Assembly (NCBI GenBank): GCA_039799905.1
Contig: JBDLRP010000032.1
Location: forward strand, 62,070 to 126,069
Origin: Pseudomonadota bacterium
GTDB lineage: Bacteria; Bdellovibrionota_B; Oligoflexia; Silvanigrellales; Silvanigrellaceae
DNA length: 64,000 nt
Reading direction: 5' to 3'
A model generated the notes under the pieces. It worked only from the letters and a program-made list of their open reading frames with translations. It made no database searches and had not been told where the DNA came from. Within the stretch, counting starts at the first letter, position 1; every line of letters begins with the position of its first letter. Shown here in pieces: positions 37,006-47,900 of this stretch. The translations under genes and the position numbers were made by a program.

Positions 37006-39594
37006 TCATCGGCACGTTGAGTTTTTGGACGACTGCACTTCTTGCCCGCCTGTGCTGGGGATGACGGCAAGACCACCTGAGACGGGACGGTCTTGAACCG
37101 TGCTCAACATGAAAATTGGCCACAATCCAAACGCAGATACAGTCGTTCCACTGTCACCGGCGCCAAGAAAGTATCGCGCAGAATAAGGCGAGTAGTGAGT
37201 CTGCGGGAATGCCACCGAGCCGTATTTTGCCTTTTCGGAGTCCGGTAGCCAATTGGGAACTTGAGTTGTGAAGTTGAGGTGCGCCTGCATCAGAGCCAAA
37301 TCCTGGGTGAGCACACCGACAGTAGGGACCTTCTCCGGGTCGGCCAGAGGAGCGCAATAACCAGTCTCGTCGTTTGCTCCATTAGCCGTGCAGTAGCTTA
37401 TTTCGACATGTCCCGCTCCCATTAGGCGGGCTGCCAGTTCTGCAGGGTGGTCGGGCTGTTCTGCGGGATTAATGAAAAGCGATGCAAAAGGGATGCCAAC
37501 AGGCCTTCCAGTTTCTATCATTTCGCGATTGCTCAGCGTTATTTTCTTTGTTGTTGACTGAATTTCCGATTTGACAAATGAGACATCCGTGAAAGCAATA
37601 CCCTGCAGCAGACCGGCGTATTCCTTGTAACCGTTGTACAGGCGTCCCATGCCGGCAGGAATACAATTCAGGTAATTCAACCGAGCGATGAGATTGTTGT
37701 GAAAAATCGCTGATTGAGCAGCCTCTTCGCTGCCGTAAATAATTATTTTGGCCTCGCGGGAGAGGTTCCTTTCCAAGCGATGGAAATTGTCCTGAGTAAT
37801 CGAAGGTTTTGTTTTGAAAGCACACCTTAGTTGTAAATCAGAGTCGATTTCCTCGACCACGACGTAGTTGTTGGCAGCGACTACATCGACGTTTTTACCG
37901 TCGGCCACAGAGGTGAACGAGTTTAACATGCCGTCGAGAATCCTACCGCTGGCACCTCCATCAGAGCACAACTCTGCAGACGTTCCGCCGCAGAAGTTGG
38001 TATTGTAATCACGCAAGGCAGCCATTGGCATGCTGAGAGCCAGCGAGGCCGAGTCGCGCATTCGCTTCATCACCAGCAATGGTGAGACAGATGCCAGCCT
38101 CAGGCTTGCCTTGATGTTCTCATGCTCCAGCTGCGCCTGTAAATTTGCTTTTTCGACGTCAGCTGCAGCTGCTGATGCTGGCGGCGCAGGACAAACACCG
38201 ACTTCGTTGTCACGAAGATCTGTGCATTTTACATTATCTCGATCAAATTTCTTTCCAATGAGTGTGCACTTGGATTCCTGTAAAGCGAATTCCATCAGAC
38301 TCATGTTCAAAAATGAACTGTCGCCCTGTCCTGCGGTCGCATTAAAATTTGGAAAAACAAATTTAAAAATATCGACAAAACCGGCGTCCATGGACTTGTT
38401 ATAAATCCAGGTTGTGACGTAATTTTTATTCATTGATTGAGCGAAAACATCCGTAAATGAAAATCCTGGATGCGTCTGCGAATAGCTACAAGAGTTGACG
38501 CCTGCAGGTGGGGAAAACGGTTGCGTGCCCGCAGTAATTTCGGGGATAAAATGTTTTTTCCCCTGCCCGGCAAGCTGAGCCATAAATTCGATTGCTTTGC
38601 TTTTCTGAAAGTTCTCAACGTTGCTCAAATGCTTTTTTTGATTCTCATCGGCCGGAGAACTGAGTTGGATGGGAACAATCACCATGTCCTGCTGCGAAAA
38701 ACAAAGTTTGTGGCGTCCTGTGTTGAGCGACTTGGTGCGGAAAAGTTCCGTTATCAGTCGTTTGTTTTTAGACCTGTATTTAATTTTTTGACCTTCTGTT
38801 AGCGGATTAAAAACCTCTAAGATGAAAGCGGACAGTGCAGAATCGTTCTCGATGGTTGAGACTTCCGGAAACTCATCCGCTATGCGCTGCCTGAGCTTTT
38901 CGTCAGCATTGCAAACGTCAAGCACCTGCTCATCGAGAAACACCGATGTCTTGCTGAATTCACGTCCGACAACCTGCTGTGTTGCCGGCGAATTCAGTTT
39001 GTCGACATCTGCAAAAAACCGCTCGTACATTGCTGTCACAGGTGTTTTGTAGCTGAAATTCAGCGGCGTTCCGTCTTCCGTGTAGGCAACAAGAGTTTGC
39101 GGTGTGGTCAGCATCGATCGATAAAGTTGATATCTGGTCTTCATGTCTTTCAGCAGACTGCGCACTGGCTCAATGCCGATGGCAGGATTGCTGAGTACCT
39201 GATTTCTGACCCTTGAATCCCAAACGCGATAAAAGCAGTGCGCTGAAGTATGCAGCTCAAGATTTTGTCCGCCGCCTACCACTTCCAGTTGCAGTTGCGA
39301 AAAATTAATTGGAGTTGCAGCTTCAACGCGCTCTCCTGAGGCGAGTTTGTGATAAGCGTTGAGTTTATGCATCAGGCGCGCGTTGCACCGGGATTCTATT
39401 GAGATTTTGTCGGCGGTCGCTTTGAAAATAAGCAGAACTGCACTCGGATCATAGTTTTCTGGTTTGCCAGCCGCGATGACAGGGTCAGTCATTGCCTTCA
39501 GATTGCTACAGTTGCTGCTGCGCGTTGAACGGGACGTGCCGCACGCAGCAATGAGAACCGCCCCGGCTGTAACAAGACTGGTGTGCCACCGCAC
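37006..39594 (-). CDS. Large lipoprotein with widely separated trypsin-like catalytic motifs
   Basis: GGAGG RBS before GTG at 39594, lipobox IAAC, and TSAHC, QDMVIV and GDSG motifs. Confidence 0.6.
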   Translation of the reverse strand: MRWHTSLVTAGAVLIAACGTSRSTRSSNCSNLKAMTDPVIAAGKPENYDPSAVLLIFKATADKISIESRCNARLMHKLNAYHKLASGERVEAATPINFSQLQLEVVGGGQNLELHTSAHCFYRVWDSRVRNQVLSNPAIGIEPVRSLLKDMKTRYQLYRSMLTTPQTLVAYTEDGTPLNFSYKTPVTAMYERFFADVDKLNSPATQQVVGREFSKTSVFLDEQVLDVCNADEKLRQRIADEFPEVSTIENDSALSAFILEVFNPLTEGQKIKYRSKNKRLITELFRTKSLNTGRHKLCFSQQDMVIVPIQLSSPADENQKKHLSNVENFQKSKAIEFMAQLAGQGKKHFIPEITAGTQPFSPPAGVNSCSYSQTHPGFSFTDVFAQSMNKNYVTTWIYNKSMDAGFVDIFKFVFPNFNATAGQGDSSFLNMSLMEFALQESKCTLIGKKFDRDNVKCTDLRDNEVGVCPAPPASAAAADVEKANLQAQLEHENIKASLRLASVSPLLVMKRMRDSASLALSMPMAALRDYNTNFCGGTSAELCSDGGASGRILDGMLNSFTSVADGKNVDVVAANNYVVVEEIDSDLQLRCAFKTKPSITQDNFHRLERNLSREAKIIIYGSEEAAQSAIFHNNLIARLNYLNCIPAGMGRLYNGYKEYAGLLQGIAFTDVSFVKSEIQSTTKKITLSNREMIETGRPVGIPFASLFINPAEQPDHPAELAARLMGAGHVEISYCTANGANDETGYCAPLADPEKVPTVGVLTQDLALMQAHLNFTTQVPNWLPDSEKAKYGSVAFPQTHYSPYSARYFLGAGDSGTTVSAFGLWPIFMLSTVQDRPVSGGLAVIPSTGGQEVQSSKNSTCR

Positions 39595-39713
39595 GTTATT
39601 TACCTCCGCTTCGCCCATTCCCATCTAAGGCTCATCGGAGGCCCAGAGACAAATATTAACCACCTTGTTTAATTATTCTAGGTACTCAATATCTCTGCAA
39701 TAAATCGCAATAA

Positions 39714-41078
39714 TTATTTGATTCTTCTGAGCGAGTCGGAGGTGTCCGGCTGTGACTCCGGCCCGATGCCGGCCAAAATGCCACGTGCCATTCCTACAAG
39801 GCTTGCAGAGTTTTCCAGACCATATTCCGAATGTTCTGCGGCCCCCGAACTCGTATGCGGAATCTCGAGTAGGTCGCTGACCAGTTGTCGGGGTGTTGCA
39901 TAGCAGCGCAATGCAGTCGCTGTTGCAGTGTAGCTGTCCCGCTCTTCAAAACGTATGGGGATTATAAGACCCTTCCGTTCCAATCTTTCTTGGTGCTCCT
40001 CCAGTTCATCGAGACTGATTTCAAGATGGGCGGCGACGTCGGCATGAGCGATCGGACGGCGCTGCTGGTTGAATGCTTCAATGTAGTATTCAAGCGTGCG
40101 GACGCAGTTGAGAATCGTTTCATGTGGAATTTGCCACGGGTGGTGGTTTGCTTTTGAACGCACTGTATCGAGATATCTTTCGACGGCCGAACAGGTGCAC
40201 GCGCCAAAAAGAATTCCCAGCCAGACCAGTCGCACCCAAATCAAGAACACCAACACCATCAACGGCAAGCTGCCGTACAATTGCAGATTTGTTCGGTTTG
40301 AAAAGACAAACGATGCGTATTGCACATTGATGGTTGCGAGCAGCTGAAAAATGATATGGGTTGTGATTGCACCCCAAAATGCCGAAACGAGACGGGGCTT
40401 TCGCTCTGGCAGCACAACAAACAAACTGCCAAAGCCAATAATCTGAACTAAATGTCCGACGGAAAACCGCAGTGCATCCACCAGACCAAATTGGCTGAGC
40501 AGACTTCCCGAAGAAGTGAAGGCAGTCAGCAGTTCAGAGGATTTTGCTGTGCTCAGAACAATGACCAGCGGAGTTGCCGAGAGCATGATCCAGTAGCTCC
40601 CGATTCTCTTAAATAGCGATCTGCGATCGCGAGCTTCAAAGATCCTATTGAAACTCTGTTCAATATTCATCATCAGGGCGAGAACGGTTGCAAAAAGGGT
40701 GACAAACGAGACCACACCGAGTGTGCCTGTCTGCAGATTGCTTACAAAACTGTCAATGAAAGTGTTCAGCTGCGCGGCGACGGGGGCAGGGAAGTTCTGC
40801 TGTAGAATTGGTTTGAGTGTGTTTTCGAGAAACTTTTGCAGACCGCCGAAGAGTTTAAAAAACGTGAAGGAGATTGCCAGCAGCGGGACAAGTGAAAGAA
40901 TAAATGTAAATGAAAGTGCGCGAGAATCAGTGGCGATATCGAATCGTTTTGCACGTTCTGCCGCATCGTGGAGAATGCGCAGAATCAGCCATCGCCAGTT
41001 GAGCTTGGTCTGATCTGCAAGCCGCACGCGCAATAATCTGTACCAATACACAGGGCGCACTGCCGCCATGATAGCCAC
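39714..41078 (-). CDS. YihY/BrkB-family inner-membrane protein with a C-terminal wHTH-like extension
   Basis: ALSFTFILSLVPLLA, NIEQSFNRIF and LYGSL...LIWV motifs. Confidence 0.88.
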   Translation of the reverse strand: MAIMAAVRPVYWYRLLRVRLADQTKLNWRWLILRILHDAAERAKRFDIATDSRALSFTFILSLVPLLAISFTFFKLFGGLQKFLENTLKPILQQNFPAPVAAQLNTFIDSFVSNLQTGTLGVVSFVTLFATVLALMMNIEQSFNRIFEARDRRSLFKRIGSYWIMLSATPLVIVLSTAKSSELLTAFTSSGSLLSQFGLVDALRFSVGHLVQIIGFGSLFVVLPERKPRLVSAFWGAITTHIIFQLLATINVQYASFVFSNRTNLQLYGSLPLMVLVFLIWVRLVWLGILFGACTCSAVERYLDTVRSKANHHPWQIPHETILNCVRTLEYYIEAFNQQRRPIAHADVAAHLEISLDELEEHQERLERKGLIIPIRFEERDSYTATATALRCYATPRQLVSDLLEIPHTSSGAAEHSEYGLENSASLVGMARGILAGIGPESQPDTSDSLRRIK

Positions 41079-41260
41079 CTTTTGAAACGGGTGTGACTTC
41101 CTTTACCTTGGCAAATTATCAAAAATAAGCGTTTAGTTATGCGGAAAAAATGTCGCCTGCGTCGGTGCTCCGGACTGCCCGTCGATCCGTCACGGGGATG
41201 ACACCCGTGAGGGGATATGTTTCGTTAATCTGATTGGGTATTTCGTGCTGCGGAGGATGC

Positions 41261-44200
41261 GTGAACTTAAGACAACTGCCACGAACGTTGAAAATATTTG
41301 CAGGTGTGGTGGGCAGTTTTGTAGTGCTCCTTCTGGGCATTGTGGTTGCCATCAAGAGTCCGTTCGTCATGAATCGGGTTCTCCCGCCTATCCAGAGCCG
41401 TCTCGAGAAAGATTTCAATCTCAAAACGAAGATATCTCAGCTTTCACTTGATCCATTTGCACGGGTGTCCCTTGAGGGAGTCAGCGCCGAGTGGACCGAT
41501 CCACAAATGGGACAAGCAAAAGTTGAGGTGGAAAGCGTACTTGTCAGTTTTTCTTTTTGGGAGCTTCTCAGGCGTAATTTGCAGGTTTCCGCCATTGAGG
41601 TGGTATCCCCGCGCATTTCGGGTGAGTTGAATCTGCCGCAAAGCAGCGCAAGTCAGAGTCCTTCAAACCCATTGCCGATGATCAGAAGTCTGTTGATGAA
41701 TCCGCCCGCCAGTGTGAACCTGAGTTCTTTCTCTGTGCGCGGACTTTCGATGGACGTCAAAGTCAAGCAGGGCAAGTTGATTGCATCTGCAAAACTCGAT
41801 GACCTTTCGCTGACGGCCTCGCTTCGACTTGCGATGAGCCGGTTGAATGCAGGTCTGAAGTTTTCTCTGGGAAATGCATCAGACAGTCTCGGCAAAATCA
41901 AATTGGAGGCGAAGAATATTGCGCCTGACCTGCCGCTCGTCTTCTTGGAAAGTGATGTGTCACTTTCGGGCACCGCCGATACCGAGCTTTCGTTTACTGA
42001 TCCGGCAAATCCATTTTTAGCCATCGGTGGAGTGTCGCTCGACATTCTTGCCCGCAAACTTCAGACAAATCTCAAAATGAGCAAGGCAGCGCAGGCTGAG
42101 GCTGCTCTGACCGAGTTGAAGGTGGCGAGTCGCCTGCCCGAGACATTACGTCTTTCCTTGCGCGAAATTTACCAGCTAGAAAGCCTTACGGGTGAGCAGT
42201 TTGCCAGTCAGCTGCAATCAAAATTATTGCAGATGGTCAAGCAAATTTCTCTTTCTGCCGACGCTTCGCTGCAGCTCAGCGGGCTGCAGGCCGCAGCTCG
42301 TATGCCTGCGTCGGGAGTGGATGCGGCGCTGCGTCTGAATGTTGAACTACCGCTCCAGCTCAAACTGACTCCTGAAGATTTTCTGCTTTCGTCGGACGGT
42401 AGGAAAATCACGCTTGATTTCGAAGAGCTCAAGTTGAAAGGAACCGCGTTTCAGAGTTTAAACCAAAACATAAAGTCCGAATTGTTGGCTGGTTTGCGCG
42501 TGAACACTCCCGTGCGTCTTGCGATGAAGGCACCGTCACTGAGCAAGAATGACAAGCCGCTCGATGGGGCACGTCTCGTCGGTCTTTCCCTCGAACCTGA
42601 TGTCGCTTGGGGGCAACCGTCAGAAAGACTTGTCGGCGCAAAAGTCAACCTGATCCACGAGGCGTCCGGTTCGCTAGCACTCAAGGCCGAGAGCGAGATA
42701 TTCGTGAAGGACAGGATGTTCGCGCTGATACCTGCCCTCAAGCCCGTCGCCGAGGCGTTGGGACAACTGAAAATACAGGCCGACGTTGATACATCACTTT
42801 CAACTCAATGGCGGGACCTGCAGGGCATTGTTGATTCGATGCTTGCAGGTGTGCGGAAACTCACAGTCGATTACAAAATTAAAATCGAACAGCTGACGCT
42901 GCCGCCCAAAAATTCTCCGACTGCATTGCAGCTGGCAGGAGGAGTTGTTGCGCTCGGCAGGGCTGAAATTCCGCAGCCGTCGGCATTGAAGCAGGTCAGC
43001 CTGACTGCCGATGTTGGTTGGGCAGGCGCGCCGCTGCTGAAAAACAAGGTGACAATCAGCAATCTACCCAAGCGTTTGGTGGTCAGGGGTGAAACGGACG
43101 TCGCCGCGCTCCTCCGCCTGCGAAAGATCACTCCGCTGGCAGAGCAACTGGGAATGCTCGGCGGCACCCTTATAAGCACCAAATGGCTTGCCGCGCTGCC
43201 GCACGATGCACAGACGATTTTGCAAGCAAGACTTCCGCCTCTTGAGCGGATGAATGCGGAAGCCACAGTGGATGCTGAGATTCGTTTTGCCGAGAAACCC
43301 ATTCAACCTGTCTTCGAAAAAAATGTTCTACAGATTGAGGGGCCTCTGAAAGCAAAAGTGCAGGCGACTCTTGGCCGTGGAAATGTTAATCTGATTGCGG
43401 ATTATAATCTGCCGAAGGCTGGACTACCGGCACTGGCCCTCGTGGACGTACTCAAAGGGCGAGTCAACGCGCGCACAAAAATTGATTTGCAGGGCGGGGT
43501 TGATGTTTCGCTGCAAACGGATATTGCCGCTGTATATCCATCCAAATCGATGAATCTACCCGAGGAAGTGTTGCCTTATCTGAACTCGATTTCAGCGAAT
43601 TTCGATCTGCAGTCGGACGTCAAATCACGAGTCGATGTCCGAAGCGGAACTGTCAGCACAGGCAAGGATAAATTCCGTGTGAATTTTCGCGGTGGAACTG
43701 ACATCAAAGCAACAAACAGCCGCTTCGACGGACAGCTGTCGATCACGCCGCCAAAGGTATTTAAATATGGCATCCGTGCTCAGGACAAAGTGTCGCTTGA
43801 CGGTGTTGTGCAGGTGGCATGGGAACTCACTCAAAAAGAACAGAAGGCGGTGCGGCTGCGTGGTGAGGCAAGCCTGGAAAACTTCTCGGCACAACACCAG
43901 CTCGGCGGGCTGCGCAATGCAAACGGACGCATACCCTTCCAGCAGGAACTCGAATTGCCGAACTTCAAGAGCCTGCGCTGGTCGTATCTGATTCAGGACA
44001 ATCCCTTCAAACGTGTCGATGCATCGAAGTTTGTTCCTCTGATGTCCGAGGACTCATTTCTTGTGATTGATGAATTGAATGCAATCGAGAAAAAATTCGG
44101 ACCCTTGCGCGGGCGCTTTTCTCTCAAACAAAATATGCTCACCATCGACCGTCTCGATGCGGATGTGTTTGAGGGTGTATTGGCGGGGCAGGGATTTGTC

Positions 44201-44641
44201 GACATTCAGCCAACCCGCCTGATGGCAGGATTGCAGGGTCGCGTAACGAAATTGAACACCGCCTTGCTTGCAGCCAAGCCGGAAAAGGCGACGCCTGCGC
44301 CGCTCAGTGCACGCATGGCATTGGTGGTGGATCTATCCAAGTCGCTTGTTGAGGGACGTGTGGACGTGACTGAAATAGGAAAGAATCAACTTTTGGCCAT
44401 GACAGACGTGTTGGACCCGACAGGCGCCGACGCCATGCTCAACAAGGCAAGGCTGGCACTTTCGGCAGGGTATCCGACCTACGTTGGAATGCAGATGCAG
44501 CAGGGGTTTCTTGACCTCGACATTGGACTCGGCGGAATTGTTTCGCAGCAAATAAAGATTCCGAATCTGCCACTCACACCCATCATAAACGCTAAAACTC
44601 AGGACATTGTTAAAACATTGAGAGAGGTACCCATACAATGA
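41261..44641 (+). CDS. AsmA/TamB/YdbH-like large periplasmic beta-groove protein
   Basis: GGAGG RBS before GTG, a single N-terminal TM anchor, and about 1100 aa of amphipathic beta strands. Confidence 0.65.
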   Translation: MNLRQLPRTLKIFAGVVGSFVVLLLGIVVAIKSPFVMNRVLPPIQSRLEKDFNLKTKISQLSLDPFARVSLEGVSAEWTDPQMGQAKVEVESVLVSFSFWELLRRNLQVSAIEVVSPRISGELNLPQSSASQSPSNPLPMIRSLLMNPPASVNLSSFSVRGLSMDVKVKQGKLIASAKLDDLSLTASLRLAMSRLNAGLKFSLGNASDSLGKIKLEAKNIAPDLPLVFLESDVSLSGTADTELSFTDPANPFLAIGGVSLDILARKLQTNLKMSKAAQAEAALTELKVASRLPETLRLSLREIYQLESLTGEQFASQLQSKLLQMVKQISLSADASLQLSGLQAAARMPASGVDAALRLNVELPLQLKLTPEDFLLSSDGRKITLDFEELKLKGTAFQSLNQNIKSELLAGLRVNTPVRLAMKAPSLSKNDKPLDGARLVGLSLEPDVAWGQPSERLVGAKVNLIHEASGSLALKAESEIFVKDRMFALIPALKPVAEALGQLKIQADVDTSLSTQWRDLQGIVDSMLAGVRKLTVDYKIKIEQLTLPPKNSPTALQLAGGVVALGRAEIPQPSALKQVSLTADVGWAGAPLLKNKVTISNLPKRLVVRGETDVAALLRLRKITPLAEQLGMLGGTLISTKWLAALPHDAQTILQARLPPLERMNAEATVDAEIRFAEKPIQPVFEKNVLQIEGPLKAKVQATLGRGNVNLIADYNLPKAGLPALALVDVLKGRVNARTKIDLQGGVDVSLQTDIAAVYPSKSMNLPEEVLPYLNSISANFDLQSDVKSRVDVRSGTVSTGKDKFRVNFRGGTDIKATNSRFDGQLSITPPKVFKYGIRAQDKVSLDGVVQVAWELTQKEQKAVRLRGEASLENFSAQHQLGGLRNANGRIPFQQELELPNFKSLRWSYLIQDNPFKRVDASKFVPLMSEDSFLVIDELNAIEKKFGPLRGRFSLKQNMLTIDRLDADVFEGVLAGQGFVDIQPTRLMAGLQGRVTKLNTALLAAKPEKATPAPLSARMALVVDLSKSLVEGRVDVTEIGKNQLLAMTDVLDPTGADAMLNKARLALSAGYPTYVGMQMQQGFLDLDIGLGGIVSQQIKIPNLPLTPIINAKTQDIVKTLREVPIQ

Positions 44642-44895
44642 ATAAAGTAACACTCACTATTTTATTGGGCGGACTTTGTTCCGCATGCGTCCCCACGCTG
44701 GTTGTCATCGACCGGACAACGCTGATCGAAGAAGAAAGCGCCGGTGACTGGCCGGACCTCGAAAAATCCGCTCAGCAAAAGGCTGTCGATTTTCGTCCCG
44801 TCGTCTTGCCGCCGGCCTCCACCGAGAAGCGCAAAGAGCGCGCCTATCAGGTCATGGACGGCGACTATTCATTGAGCAAAAAATCTCAGCGCTGA
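44638..44895 (+). CDS. Small lipoprotein (YnbE-like position)
   Basis: Lipobox CSAC. ATGA overlap with the upstream gene. Confidence 0.6.
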   Translation: MNKVTLTILLGGLCSACVPTLVVIDRTTLIEEESAGDWPDLEKSAQQKAVDFRPVVLPPASTEKRKERAYQVMDGDYSLSKKSQR

Positions 44896-44903
44896 GGACG
44901 AGC

Positions 44904-47900
44904 ATGCAAGGCAATCCTTCAATTCTGTTATCCGCACTGAATTCGGCAGTCCTCCGGCTGGCGGTAGTACCGTTGGCAATCGTGAGTTTTGCTGCCCAAG
45001 CAGCCAGCGAACCGGCACAAAAAATGCCGCGGATGGAAAATCTCGAAAAGCTTACCGTCGGTCCCGACAATCATTTTCAGGTGGCCATCGGCGGCGGAGA
45101 AGACAAGATCTTTTTCACCCGCAGCTCAAATCTCGCCACCCGTCTATACTGGCGAGGCCTAAAGGGCGCTCAGGCCCTCGGGCAGGTTCAGCCTTTGGTC
45201 AGGGCCGAATTCGATACCAAAGATCCCGCAATCAGTTTTGACGGCGCGAAAATCGCATTCACATCCTTCGAGCGACAGGCACGCGGGGATGTCTGCGTGC
45301 AGGACGTGGCCGCTGAAAAGGAAAAGCCCTCACAAATATGTGCAGAGGAAAAGGTCGCATCCGAGCAGCCGTTTTGGCTTGACGCGCAAACGGTTGGTTA
45401 CATCCGTCGACCCATTGGCAAAAGTAATGCGCAATTGGTCAGTTGGGATCTGCGCAGCAAGGAAAAAAAGGTCCTGTTTGAAGATCAGATTTTTTCCGCA
45501 CATGCCGATGCACAGGGACGATGGATTGTGTTTGCCTCCGTGGACGGCAATGCCGGCCGCACGGGCGGAGAATTTGAACGCCTGTTGAAGGTTTATCGGC
45601 GCAAGGACCAACAGTCACATCCGCTGCGCGTTTCGCTGCCCGGACTGTCCGGCTTTCCGCGATTCGATGACAGTGGCGAGTTTTTATATTTCGCGCAGTT
45701 TCCAAATGACACCAATTCTGATGCGCGGATAGACGGCAACGACAACGGTGTGCTCTTTCGCGTTCCGTCTGCTGTCCTGCTCGATGGCAAGGGAGTGGTC
45801 CTGCCTGAACAACTCACGACCGCCGAACAGAACTGCAATTATCCCGCGCCCGCGCGCGAATTCCTATACATGACCTGCGCATTCGAAGGCACACTGGATG
45901 TTTATCGGATTGTCAAAACCGGTCTCATCCCGACCCGCTGGAATGAAAATATTTTATTGGATTCATACCGCACCAGCCGCAGTATTGCCGAGCGCACGCT
46001 GATCATCAATACGTTGCGCAACCGCTTCGAGAAGTACCGCAATCTCGATTCGCTTGAAAAAGTGCTCAGCCAGCATTTTCTGACCGGCGAATATCAGGCT
46101 GCACTCTATTACTTGAATTTTGTCGAGGCCGCGGCGGCTGCCGGTGAAAAGTCCGGATACGCAGTTGTACGCAATATTCTGGAAATTCTTCAGTACCGTG
46201 CACGCGAAAGGCTGGATCAGATTTCCCCTGAGTTCGTCTCGCTTCTGAATGAAAAGAGAAAAATTCTCGAGCGGGAAAAAGGTGCGTTCAAGTCTTTCGC
46301 CGATCTTGGCCAGATTTTTATTGATCTCTCGCAACGTGATTTTACAAAGGCAAAAGCACGTTTCTCCAGGGTCAATGTTGCATCGCAGCAATCGCCGCTC
46401 GAGCAGTACACATACTTTTTGTTGAGCAGAACCCTGCTCGAGCAGAAGACCATCAGCACTGACGATTGGTATCGCGCCGCCGCTGCCGTTGCGCAGAGCG
46501 CAATTCTCAACGACGAAGCCAAGGCATATGTCTCTTCGGTGATGGTTTCAAAAATTGCAGAAGCCCACAAGACTGCCGCGGAGCGTTTGAGCCGCCTGCA
46601 GGCGGTTCGGAAGCTGGCCACGCCCGGTACGCTGCTCGATACCCTGCTGACCTCGCAGGATTTTGCACTGCAGGTGGCCGTGGCTGAGGGTGATGCTGCA
46701 GAGGACAAGCCCTTTCAGGAATTCAATAAGATTTTCGCCAAGACATCAGACCAGTATTACCTGAACCGAGCGTTGGCCGTTCAGGCTGTGCTGACCCTTG
46801 CCGAATTCAACAAGACGCGTGTCATGGGCTTCATTGCAGCGAACTGGCTTGCAGCGGCAAAAATCAGCGACACTGAGTACATGCATGCACGCGATCAGTA
46901 CGTCGGTGTCGTTCTCGACAAAGCCTATGGCTTCTGGGCGAAGCCCGATACAAAGTCGGCGTCGCAGGTGTTTTACTCATCTGTCCGGCTGACAGACGAT
47001 CAAGAGGCTCATCTGGGATTTGTGACAACCGTCCTGCAGGAAAACAACCGAAAGCTTTTGGATGAGCGCTATGCCAGTTTGAAAAGCGGCTCATTTACCG
47101 CGGCGAATGTTGATTTTGCCAAAGCAGCGGTGATGCTGTTTGACGATTTGTCACGACAAGAGAAGGGCTCTACCGAGCTGCTTGAACAGGCGGAAAAGAT
47201 TCTTCTCGGAGTACGCGACGACGGCTCGCGTCCTGCGGGCAAGCATCTGCTTTTGGGTTACGTGGCGCATCAAAAACTTTTACGAAAAATGAAGGGTTTT
47301 ACTTTTGATGAGGAACTCAGCCAAGCCGCGCATCATCAGTACATGATTGCTCTTGATTTGGGGCGGAAGAGTCAGCGTCTGACGGCACAGGTCCTCAATA
47401 ACCTTGGCATGCTGCATCTGCAGACCGGAAATTTCGGAATGGCGTCAGGATACTTTGCAGCACGCGAGAAAATTGCCTTCGAAAATCCGCAGGCGCACAT
47501 GTCTTTCTTGTGGAACTTCTCAAAAGCACTTTACCGCAACGGCGAATTTCCCCGTGCTGCCGAGGTTTCACTGCTTGGTTTGACCCTTGCCCAGCAGAAT
47601 AAAATGCCCGAGGAGGTTCAGTATGCTTGGACCGAACGGACGGCATTCCATATGTCACAGGCAGATCGCTTCAAAGAAGCTGCCGAGTATTACGCGAAAT
47701 TGTTGTCAGGAATCGAGAAACGGGGCGACGAAAACACGCTCAAGGCATTGCTGATGCAGGGCTGGTCGCTGATGAAGGCGGGGCAAATCAAGCAGGCCGC
47801 CAATGCCTTCGACAAGGTCATTGTTCTTGCTGACAAGTCCAAAATGCGCAAGGCGTCGGGTGAGCCCAACGACGTGCTTGAATTCCGCCCGCAACGCTAT

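Noticed and set aside
41190..41210. Hairpin TCACGGG-GATGACA-CCCGTGA in the leader of the YdbH-like gene
   Set aside because: Short single stem with no riboswitch motif and no U-tract.
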